Assembly (NCBI GenBank): GCA_965215615.1
Contig: OZ244068.1
Span: 1,568,850-1,632,849 of the forward strand
Direction of reading: 5' to 3'
Length of the DNA: 64,000 bases
From: Vicinamibacteria bacterium
GTDB taxonomy: Bacteria > Acidobacteriota > Vicinamibacteria > Marinacidobacterales > Marinacidobacteraceae
Shown here: positions 48,729-58,219 of the stretch, in pieces
How positions within the stretch are numbered: the first letter of the stretch is position 1
Layout: each line of letters begins with the position of its first letter
The notes under the pieces: model-generated
Told to the model about the DNA's origin: nothing
Seen by the model: only the letters and a program-made list of their open reading frames with translations
Databases searched by the model: none
Position numbers and translations under genes: made by a program

Positions 48729-50858
48729 ATGAGAAACCTGCCGGCGCTCACCCTGCTGCTTCTCGCCGGCTGCGGCAGGGGCGCGCTCGACTATCCACAC
48801 ACCGAAAAGGGAGACGTGACCGAGGACATGCACGGAATCACCGTGGAGGATCCCTACCGCTGGCTCGAGGACGACAACGACCCCGAGGTGCTCGACTGGG
48901 TGGATGCCCAGAATCTCGTGACCCGCGAGCATCTCGATTCCCTTCCCGGACGCGACGCGCTCCTCGCCCGGCTGACCGAACTCCGCGACTACGCCCGGCG
49001 GAGCGCCCCCTTCCGCTGGGGCGAGAGCTGGTATCTGCGGGCCAACGACGGGCTTCAGGATCAGGACGTGCTGTACCGGCTGACCGACCCGGACCAGCCG
49101 GAGACCGAGTGGGAGACCCTGCTCGACCCCAACCTGCTCTCCGAAGGCGGGACGACCAGCCTCGAAACCACCGCCTTCACCGAGGACGGGACGCTCCTCG
49201 CCTACGGGCTCGGGGAGTCGGGTTCCGACTGGCGGGAGTTCCACGTGATGGACACGAGAACCGGCGAAAAGCTCGACGACCACCTTCGCTGGATCAAGTT
49301 CTCGGGCGCGGCTTGGACTCACGACAATGGGGGATTCCTCTACAGCCGCTATCCGGAGCCCGATCCGGATGCCGCCCAGGGAGGCGTGAACCGCAACCAG
49401 ACCGTCTGGTACCACCGGATCGGCTCGCCGCAGGACAACGACCAGGTGGTCCATGCCCGCCCCGACCAGCCCGACTGGCTCACCGCCGCCGAAGTCTCGG
49501 ACGACGGCCGGTACGCGGTCTTCGACATCCGCGAGGGCACCGACGAGCGGAGCCGCATCCACGTTCTCGATCTCGGCGACCCGATGAACCCCGATTTCAG
49601 CGGCGATGTGGTTCCGCTGCTCGACGACTTCGACGCGGCCTGGGATTTCCTCGGCAACGACGGCCCGGTCTTCTACTTCCGGACCAACCGCGATGCCCCC
49701 CGGTACCGGGTGGTCGCGGTGGACCTCCGGCGACCCGACCCGGCGAACCACCGGGAAGTCATCCCCGAGAGCGAAGACACCCTGCTCGGGGCGCGGATGC
49801 TCGGCGAGCGGTTCCTGCTCTCCTATCTGACCGATGCCAGCAGCCGGCTCGCCGTCCACGCGAAGGACGGCACCAAAGAGCGCGACGTCCCCCTCCCCGG
49901 GCTCGGCTCGGTGGGCCAGATCAGCGGCAAGCGCTCCGACCCGGTGGCGCACTTCGTCTTCTCCAGCTTCCTCTTCCCGCCCTCGGTCTATCGCTACGAC
50001 TTCCGCACCGGGGAGGCTGCACTCGTCTGGGAGCCGGAAATCCCCTTCGACCGGGAGCAGTACGAGACGAACCAGGTCTTTTTCGCCTCCGCCGACGGAA
50101 CCCAGGTCCCGATGTTCCTGACCCACCGGAAGGATCTTCAGCGTGACGGCGACAACCCCACCCTGCTCTACGGCTACGGCGGCTTCAACATCAGCCTTAC
50201 CCCCGGCTTCAACCCGGCGAACCTGCTCTTCCTCGAGCGCGGCGGCGTGTATGCCCTCGCGAACCTCCGGGGCGGCGGCGAATACGGCGAGGAATGGCAC
50301 GATGCCGGCCGGCTCAGGAACAAGCAGAACGTCTTCGACGACTTCATCGCCGCCGCCGAGTTCCTGATCCACGACTCGGTCACCCAGCCTTCGCGGCTTG
50401 CGATCGCCGGAGGATCGAACGGGGGGCTTCTGGTGGGCGCGGTGCTGAACCAGCGGCCGGAGCTTTTCGGGGCGGCGCTCCCGGCGGTCGGGGTCATGGA
50501 CATGCTCCGTTTTCACAAGTTCACGATCGGCTGGGCCTGGGTCTCGGACTACGGCGACCCGGACGATCCGGAGATGTTCCCGGTGCTCCACGCCTATTCG
50601 CCATACCACAACATCGCGCCTTCGGAGAGCTTCCCGCCGACGCTCGTGACCACCGCCGACCACGACGACCGGGTCGCCCCCGGCCACAGCTTCAAGTACG
50701 CGGCCCGGCTCCAGGAGATCCACGGCGCGGGGCCGGCACCGGTCCTGATCCGCATCCAGAAGAGCGCCGGACACGGGGCCGGGATGCCGGTCTCGATGCG
50801 GATCGAGCTCGACGCCGACCGCTTCGCCTTCCTGTTCCACCATCTCGGGGTGGACTGA
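48729..50858 (+). CDS. prolyl endopeptidase (S9A prolyl oligopeptidase)
   Basis: 709 aa, lipobox LLLAGC. DPYRWLED, YGYGGFN, NLRGGGEYG..WH and GGSNGGLLVGA (Ser nucleophile), then D.RV.P.HS.K (Asp and His region). Confidence 0.92.
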   Translation: MRNLPALTLLLLAGCGRGALDYPHTEKGDVTEDMHGITVEDPYRWLEDDNDPEVLDWVDAQNLVTREHLDSLPGRDALLARLTELRDYARRSAPFRWGESWYLRANDGLQDQDVLYRLTDPDQPETEWETLLDPNLLSEGGTTSLETTAFTEDGTLLAYGLGESGSDWREFHVMDTRTGEKLDDHLRWIKFSGAAWTHDNGGFLYSRYPEPDPDAAQGGVNRNQTVWYHRIGSPQDNDQVVHARPDQPDWLTAAEVSDDGRYAVFDIREGTDERSRIHVLDLGDPMNPDFSGDVVPLLDDFDAAWDFLGNDGPVFYFRTNRDAPRYRVVAVDLRRPDPANHREVIPESEDTLLGARMLGERFLLSYLTDASSRLAVHAKDGTKERDVPLPGLGSVGQISGKRSDPVAHFVFSSFLFPPSVYRYDFRTGEAALVWEPEIPFDREQYETNQVFFASADGTQVPMFLTHRKDLQRDGDNPTLLYGYGGFNISLTPGFNPANLLFLERGGVYALANLRGGGEYGEEWHDAGRLRNKQNVFDDFIAAAEFLIHDSVTQPSRLAIAGGSNGGLLVGAVLNQRPELFGAALPAVGVMDMLRFHKFTIGWAWVSDYGDPDDPEMFPVLHAYSPYHNIAPSESFPPTLVTTADHDDRVAPGHSFKYAARLQEIHGAGPAPVLIRIQKSAGHGAGMPVSMRIELDADRFAFLFHHLGVD

Positions 50859-50862
50859 GCAG

Positions 50863-51552
50863 ATGACTTCCCGGGCGGTCCTCGACCTCAAGGAGCGCCA
50901 CCGGGAACTGGCCCGCCCCCACCGCAAGGGCGCGGAGTACCGGTTCCCTCCCGAAGCCCTCGGTGGCCTGCTGCTGCGAACCTACCGCTCGATCAGTTGG
51001 CTCGAATACGCGAGCGAGTTCGCCGGCGATCCGGACATGACGTTCCTGCTCCACTGGGTCGCCTTCAACGCCGCCTATGCGCAGGTCCACGACGATGCCC
51101 ATACCGAACACGAGCTCCGCGACCGGTTCTTCGGGAAACTCACGAGCCTCGACCCCGGCCGGCACCTCCATCACGTCATCGCCGACACCCGGTGCGACCA
51201 CTTCGACGCGCTCCTCGAAAACCGGCATCTCTTCGAGCCGTACTGGCACCATATCCACGGGGAACGGGAGTTCGACAACTGGCTCGAGCAACTGAAGTCG
51301 AGAAACCAGTCCGCGAATCAGGCACGGGCCCGCATGGATACCGCCCGGGCGCTTTCCGAGCTTTTCAGCCGCCTCTACACGCTCCGGAACCAGCTCGTCC
51401 ACGGGCTTTCGAGCTGGAGCAGCGGATCGAACCGGAAGTCCGTGGACCCGGCAGCGAGCCTCCTCGAACACCTCATGCCGATCCTGATCGGGATCATGCT
51501 CGACCATCCCGAAGCCGACTGGGGACGGCTGCCCTATCCACCAGCTTCGTAG
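50863..51552 (+). CDS. HEPN-superfamily-like protein (Rx4H motif), function unknown
   Basis: 229 aa, all-helical looking. LFSRLYTLRNQLVHG contains the R-x4-H motif in the ..RN.L.H context typical of HEPN RNase families. Starts 4 nt after the prolyl endopeptidase stop. Confidence 0.55.
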   Translation: MTSRAVLDLKERHRELARPHRKGAEYRFPPEALGGLLLRTYRSISWLEYASEFAGDPDMTFLLHWVAFNAAYAQVHDDAHTEHELRDRFFGKLTSLDPGRHLHHVIADTRCDHFDALLENRHLFEPYWHHIHGEREFDNWLEQLKSRNQSANQARARMDTARALSELFSRLYTLRNQLVHGLSSWSSGSNRKSVDPAASLLEHLMPILIGIMLDHPEADWGRLPYPPAS

Positions 51553-51622
51553 ATTTTCACGAATCTATAGCAATTTGACTCATAAAAAGTTAGAAGAGCG
51601 TCGCTAAATAAGTTCTTTTCCC

Positions 51623-51651
51623 TTGACACCCGACGGCCGATGGCATAGTGT
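51623..51651 (+). promoter_or_regulatory. candidate groESL promoter
   Basis: TTGACA (51623-51628), 17-nt spacer, TAGTGT (51646-51651). The CCCTTGACA / GGCATAGT context also loosely resembles sigma-32 boxes. It lies at the edge of the most AT-rich stretch in this neighbourhood (51553-51622) and would give an approximately 130-nt leader. Confidence 0.35.
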
Positions 51652-51785
51652 TCCGCCGTCCGGGGCCCGGACTTCGCCCTGAAGGGATGAAACGGGCGCG
51701 CGGCTCAAAAAGCCGGTTCCGGACGGTTCGGTTTCACCCTGTGCGCCGGTGGCGCGCATTTCGAGAGAGAGGAGATCCTTTCCCG

Positions 51786-53751
<1,966 letters not shown>

Positions 53752-53775
53752 TCCGAAACCCCTCGCCTCCACCCG

Positions 53776-53807
53776 CCCCCCGGGCCTCGCCGCCCGGGGG
53801 GCTTTTT
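53776..53807 (+). terminator. rho-independent terminator of groESL
   Basis: CCCCCCGGGC (53776-53785), 6-nt loop, GCCCGGGGGG (53792-53801), followed by CTTTTT. Begins 25 nt after the groEL stop. Confidence 0.75.
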
Positions 53808-53917
53808 GCGCCCGGTAGGTTACGATCCCTTTGGTCAACGGGACGGCAGGAAGGCTTGGTCTGCCGAGGAAGCCCGTGACAAGTGCCGTCGTGCTGTCGC
53901 GCCAGGCTTCGCGAACC

Positions 53918-55390
53918 ATGCCCGGACTCCACAAGATGCCCTCGGATCGCGACCCTCTTCCCCTTCCCCACGGTTCTTCGCCTCTCGCAGTTCTTCCCCG
54001 CACAAACGCCTCGGCACCTCCTGTGGCGATGAAGCCGGGGACCCGGCCGCCGGGCCAGCCGACACTGTTTGGCCAAGCTGCCCTGCCGTCACAAGATCGA
54101 TCGGGTTCGGGGTTCCTGGATCCGGCATTTGCCACCAACAAGACACAGCCGGTGCACCGCTGGGTTCCGTGGATCGCCGGATTCTCCAAGGAGTTCGTAG
54201 CCGGCGCGTTCGACCGCTTCCTGCCGTCGAAGGGACGAGTGCTCGACCCCTTCGCCGGCGTAGGCACGACCCTGCTCGAAGCGGTGCTGGCAGGCCACGA
54301 TGCGGTTGGGTTCGAGATCAACCCCTACGCTGCCTTCGCCTGCCGAACCAAGCTCCACGCCTTCACCGCTGACCCGGAAAACCTGCAGGATCACGCAGAT
54401 CGCTTCCTGAAATTCCACGCCCGGACCCGGAGCCGGGAACCCAGGTCCAAGCCACCTCCCGGGTTCCGAACGCGCGAGGCTTTCTACCACCCCAAGGTTC
54501 TCCGCAAGGTGCTTTTCTCGTTGGACTTCATCTCGGGAATCGAAGACCCACAAACGCGCGATCTTTTCGAGCTCGCTTTCGCGGCCACCATGGTCTCCTA
54601 CTCGAACTACTCCTATGAGCCGAGCCTCGGCCGGAAAGCCGCAGTCGGGAGGGTCGCAGCCACCGAGTTCCCCGTAGAAGAGTCCATTGCGGCGCGACTG
54701 CTCGACATGTCCGAAGACATCCGCTGGTTCCGGGAGCAACAAGGGAAACGACGGCCGCGCCGGCGCGTCGTACTCGACTCCTTCTTCACGGCTTACCGTG
54801 GGGTGTCCAAGGGCTCGGTGGATCTGATCGTCACCTCTCCGCCCTACCTGAACAACTACCACTACAACCGCAACACGAGACCCCAGCTCTACTGGCTCGG
54901 ACTGGTGGAGTCCACGCGAGATATGAAAGAAATCGAGCAGCGCAACTTCGGGAAGTTCTGGCAGACCGTCAGAGAACAACCCGACGTAGAGCTCGACCCC
55001 GAGATCGCCGACCCAGAGGTCCGGGACACCCTCGCGGAACTCCGCGCCAAGACTCCAGAAAAGAAGATCTACGGCGGGCGAGGCTGGGCCAACTACGCCG
55101 CCACCTATTTCAACGACTGCCTGCGTTTCGCGCGCGGGGCGAACTGGTGCCTCAGGCCCGGTGCCTCGGCGCTCGTCGTCATCGGGAACAGCATCCTCCA
55201 AGGGATTCCGATCCCCACCGATCGCTTCCTGGCGCAGATCGCCGAAGTAGCCGGCCTGGAGACCGTCGCCATCCACATCCCGCGCGATACACGCGTCGGC
55301 AACAGCATCATCAACTCGGACATTCGCGTCGGGTCGGCGGGCCGGAAGAATCGACTCTACGAAGCGGTCGTGGAGCTGAGGAATCCTTGA
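53918..55390 (+). CDS. SAM-dependent DNA methyltransferase (N4-C or N6-A; motif I before an SPPY motif IV), no adjacent endonuclease
   Basis: ORF 53831..55390. VHRWVPWIAGFSKEFV, VLDPFAGVGTTLLEAVLAGHDAVGFEINPYA (FxGxG/motif I) and VDLIVTSPPYLNNYHY (motif IV). The start is uncertain (ATG 53918 or 54029). Codon usage is visibly less GC3-biased than in core genes. Confidence 0.75.
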   Translation: MPGLHKMPSDRDPLPLPHGSSPLAVLPRTNASAPPVAMKPGTRPPGQPTLFGQAALPSQDRSGSGFLDPAFATNKTQPVHRWVPWIAGFSKEFVAGAFDRFLPSKGRVLDPFAGVGTTLLEAVLAGHDAVGFEINPYAAFACRTKLHAFTADPENLQDHADRFLKFHARTRSREPRSKPPPGFRTREAFYHPKVLRKVLFSLDFISGIEDPQTRDLFELAFAATMVSYSNYSYEPSLGRKAAVGRVAATEFPVEESIAARLLDMSEDIRWFREQQGKRRPRRRVVLDSFFTAYRGVSKGSVDLIVTSPPYLNNYHYNRNTRPQLYWLGLVESTRDMKEIEQRNFGKFWQTVREQPDVELDPEIADPEVRDTLAELRAKTPEKKIYGGRGWANYAATYFNDCLRFARGANWCLRPGASALVVIGNSILQGIPIPTDRFLAQIAEVAGLETVAIHIPRDTRVGNSIINSDIRVGSAGRKNRLYEAVVELRNP

Positions 55391-55560
55391 CCTTCCGCTC
55401 TGATACTGCGAAGGAGTAGCGCCTTTTTCATGCCCGGGAAACCTGCCCCCAAGGACACGCTCTCCGATGTCCTCGCCCGAATCGAGCGCGAACTCTCCGC
55501 CTGAACGAGGACTCGCCGCGCTTATCTCTCGGGCGGAGATTGAGGAATCAGCTTGATCCC

Positions 55561-55735
55561 ATTTCGTCTCCCGAACTGGTTCTCGATCCGACGAGACCGA
55601 GCGTCGTCGCCCGGCTGATTACCCTGGTTCTCCTCGCGTGGAGGGCGAAGCGCTCGCCACCGCTTTTGATGGATCGAAAGCACGCACTTGGAGCCGAAAA
55701 GAAGCCAAGTCCTTGTAAGAAAGCGGTTTCTTTAT
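55561..55735 (+). pseudogene. decayed groEL-like fragment
   Basis: 23-nt exact match GTGGAGGGCGAAGCGCTCGCCAC (55638-55660 equals groEL 52864-52886, encoding VEGEALAT). Upstream, ISSPELVLDPTRPSVVARLITLVLLA has the same length as Gro[29 protein letters not shown]. Downstream, LLMDRKHALGAEKKPSP..KKA is comparable to [26 protein letters not shown]. Three reading frames are needed. Confidence 0.35.
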
Positions 55736-55765
55736 TTGATCGAAAAGCGATATAACATCGCCGTC

Positions 55766-57253
55766 ATGGATCAGGAAAGCATCAGGCAGACCGTCCGGGA
55801 GTTGTGCCGGCTTCCGGCGGAGAACGAGTGGGTGGAGTTCAAGGTCAACCAGGCCGAGCCGCGGATGATCGGCCAGCGCATCTCGGCGCTCGCCAACAGC
55901 GCCGCCCTCCTCCATCAACCGGCCGGCTTTGTCGTCTGGGGTGTGGAGGACGGCTCCCACCAGATCGTGGGAACCCGGTTCCGGCCCTCGAAACAGAAGA
56001 AAGGAAGCGAACCGCTGGTCCCCTGGCTGTTCCAGCAACTGACACCACCGGTCCCCTTCCAGGTTCACGAAGTGGAGATGGACGGGAAGCGAATCGTCGT
56101 TCTCGAGGTCAGCCCGGCGCGCAACCAGCCCGTGGCCTTCGCCGGGGAGAGATTCCTGCGTATCGACAGCCAGACCCGAAGACTCGACAGATTCCCGGAG
56201 CATGAGCGGGCGCTCTGGCGCGTGTTCGACACGACACCTTTCGAGGCGCGCACCGCGGCCGAGGGCCTTGCCGGGGAAAAGGTCGCGGCATTGCTCGATC
56301 ACGCGGCGTACTTCGAGCGGCTTCGACTCCCGGTGCCGGGCAACCGGCGTTCCGCATTCGATGCTCTCGCCCGCGACGAATTGCTGCGTCCGGGGGCCTC
56401 CGGAGAGTGGGATATCACCAATCTGGGTGCGCTGCTTCTTGCGCGGCGACTTGCGGATTTCTCCGGGCTGGCGCGGAGAGCGGTGCGACTCATCCGCTAC
56501 CGGGGCACCGGGCGCACCGGCGAGGCTCGGGAATGGGAGTACGAAGATGGCTACGCGCGGTGCCTCGACCGCCTGAATCAGCAAATCGACGGCCAGTTAC
56601 CTTCACGGGAGATCCTCCGAGGCAGCCGGCGAGAGATCGAATGGGCGTTTCCTCCGATCGCGGTTCGGGAGCTGGTGGCCAACGCACTCATTCACCAGGA
56701 TCTCGCCATGCGCGGTGCGGGACCGATGGTCGAGATCTTCGATGGCCGGATCGAGATCACGAATCCCGGCGAGCCCCTGATCGAAACCGAGCGCCTGGTG
56801 GACGCTCCCCCGCAGTCCCGCAACGACCGTCTCGCTTCCCTGATGCGCCGGTTCGGTTTCAGCGAAGAGCGAGGCATGGGGATCGACCGGGTGGTCGAAG
56901 AAATCGAGGCGTACGAACTTCCTCCCCCCCGCTTCCACAAGCCGCAGGGGTTCACCCGCGTGACTCTCCATGCGAGGAAGAAACTCGCCGAAATGAGCCC
57001 GGACGACCGGAACTGGGCCTGTTACCTCCACGCCTGCCTCAGATACCTGAACGGCAACAGCCTCACCAACGCGTCGCTACGGCGACGGTTCGGCATCCCG
57101 GACCGAAACCGGGCGATGGCCTCCCGTCTCATCCGGAATGCGATGGAGAGCGGGGCAATCACTCCTGAAGACACCGCCGCCTCCCGCAAAACGATGCGCT
57201 ACATCCCGTGGTGGGCGGCGCGGGAGAACGGCAACGGGGGGCCGCCGGCCTGA
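55766..57253 (+). CDS. AlbA_2 (Schlafen-like 'divergent AAA') plus HATPase_c_4-type protein with a C-terminal winged helix (often annotated RecG-like/transcriptional regulator)
   Basis: ATG at 55766 in ORF 55688..57253. ENEWVEFKVN.. N-terminal DNA-binding module, RELVANALIHQDL..GPMVEIFDGRIEITNPG (GHKL-like), and the tail ..SRKTMRYIPWWA. Confidence 0.72.
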   Translation: MDQESIRQTVRELCRLPAENEWVEFKVNQAEPRMIGQRISALANSAALLHQPAGFVVWGVEDGSHQIVGTRFRPSKQKKGSEPLVPWLFQQLTPPVPFQVHEVEMDGKRIVVLEVSPARNQPVAFAGERFLRIDSQTRRLDRFPEHERALWRVFDTTPFEARTAAEGLAGEKVAALLDHAAYFERLRLPVPGNRRSAFDALARDELLRPGASGEWDITNLGALLLARRLADFSGLARRAVRLIRYRGTGRTGEAREWEYEDGYARCLDRLNQQIDGQLPSREILRGSRREIEWAFPPIAVRELVANALIHQDLAMRGAGPMVEIFDGRIEITNPGEPLIETERLVDAPPQSRNDRLASLMRRFGFSEERGMGIDRVVEEIEAYELPPPRFHKPQGFTRVTLHARKKLAEMSPDDRNWACYLHACLRYLNGNSLTNASLRRRFGIPDRNRAMASRLIRNAMESGAITPEDTAASRKTMRYIPWWAARENGNGGPPA

Positions 57254-57264
57254 CGGCACTGCTG

Positions 57265-57609
57265 TCAGATCAACCGCAACCCGGCGGAGTCGAATCGCCG
57301 AAAGTCGGCTTGATTCGCGGTCGCAAGGCGCGCCCCATCCTGGATGGCCGCCGCAGCAATCAGGCAATCCGGCAAGGAGCCACGACGACGGCCTGATTCG
57401 TGGAACAGGGCCGCCGCAACCCTGGCTTGCTCCACGTCGAGATCACGAAAGTCGTCCACGATCCATAACGCCAGATCCCGCTCCGCCAGCTCGTGTGAGA
57501 CGACAGATAAAACTGGTCCACCGGATTGGGCGGCCCGCCCGTTCTTTCGACAGCCTGGGCTTGTGTTCCTTCCGGCGAGTGTGGGAAGAACGATGGACAC
57601 CGGAACCAA
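57265..57609 (-). CDS. orphan PIN-domain protein (VapC-like) lacking the first catalytic Asp
   Basis: 114 aa with a TTG start. SIVLPTLAG sits where PINs have (I/L)(L/V)LDT. The rest is intact: VVSHELAE, LPDCLIAAAAI, ATANQADF. Low-GC3 codons (tta, ttt, gat, att). No antitoxin ORF upstream. Confidence 0.6.
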   Translation of the reverse strand: MVPVSIVLPTLAGRNTSPGCRKNGRAAQSGGPVLSVVSHELAERDLALWIVDDFRDLDVEQARVAAALFHESGRRRGSLPDCLIAAAAIQDGARLATANQADFRRFDSAGLRLI

Positions 57610-57636
57610 CGGATTGATTCAGTTGGGGGAGGACAG

Positions 57637-57685
57637 CGCGCCTGCGGGCCGGGAGGAGCGTAGCGACGAGCGGCCCGCAGGCGCG
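57637..57685. other. perfect 15-bp stem hairpin (possible bidirectional terminator or protein site)
   Basis: CGCGCCTGCGGGCCG (57637-57651), 19-nt loop, CGGCCCGCAGGCGCG (57671-57685). Located between the stop of the 57767..58198 gene and the PIN start. No U-tract on either strand. Confidence 0.5.
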
Positions 57686-57766
57686 GCGCCGGGCCTCGCT
57701 CCCGATCCGGATGGTGTCGTCAAGCAGCGGGAACTGGTGACCGCCGCTTCGAGCGAGGCCGCCCGT

Positions 57767-58198
57767 TCAGAACGAGAAGAACGCCCCCATCTGGAAGAGG
57801 GTCAGCGCCTCGCTGAACTGGACGATGAGCCGCGCTCCGTAGCGGCGGCCGAAGGTCAGACTCGCGCCGGCATGGGGCGAAACATTCCCGCCGTCGTACT
57901 CGATGCCCGCCCGGAGCGCCGGACGGATGAGCGCGTCGGCGCGGCCGAGACGGATCGCGCCGCCCGCCCGGTTGGCGGTTCCCGCGACTTCGGCGCAGCG
58001 CCAGTTCTCGACCATGCCGTAGAGCGAGAACGGCCCGGCGACCTGTCCGTTGATCGCGACGAACCGACCCGGACAGGCGTTCTCATCTCCGCCGACGAGA
58101 CCGGCTTCGAAGAGGAACGGACCCGGCGCGTCCTCGGCGACGGCGGGAGCGGCAAGCGCGAGCAGCGCAGCGAAAAGGAGTCCGATGGGTCGGGGCAT
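57767..58198 (-). CDS. small secreted, possibly outer-membrane beta-strand protein
   Basis: 143 aa, signal peptide MPRPIGLLFAALLALAAPAVA, alternating hydrophobic pattern, C-terminal ..GAFFSF (aromatic terminus as in OMPs). No family recognised. Confidence 0.5.
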   Translation of the reverse strand: MPRPIGLLFAALLALAAPAVAEDAPGPFLFEAGLVGGDENACPGRFVAINGQVAGPFSLYGMVENWRCAEVAGTANRAGGAIRLGRADALIRPALRAGIEYDGGNVSPHAGASLTFGRRYGARLIVQFSEALTLFQMGAFFSF

Positions 58199-58219
58199 GG
58201 TCCGGGAACTCTCGCACGG

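Noticed and set aside
51553-51785. CIRCE/HrcA operator upstream of groES
   Set aside because: I looked for TTAGCACTC-N9-GAGTGCTAA or close variants. Only a weak TTAGAAGAG..GCTAA string is present, which is not a convincing inverted repeat.
55431-55505. 24-codon ORF MPGKPAPKDTLSDVLARIERELSA after the methyltransferase
   Set aside because: It is too short, has no RBS or recognisable family, and lies in a region that otherwise looks like decayed sequence.
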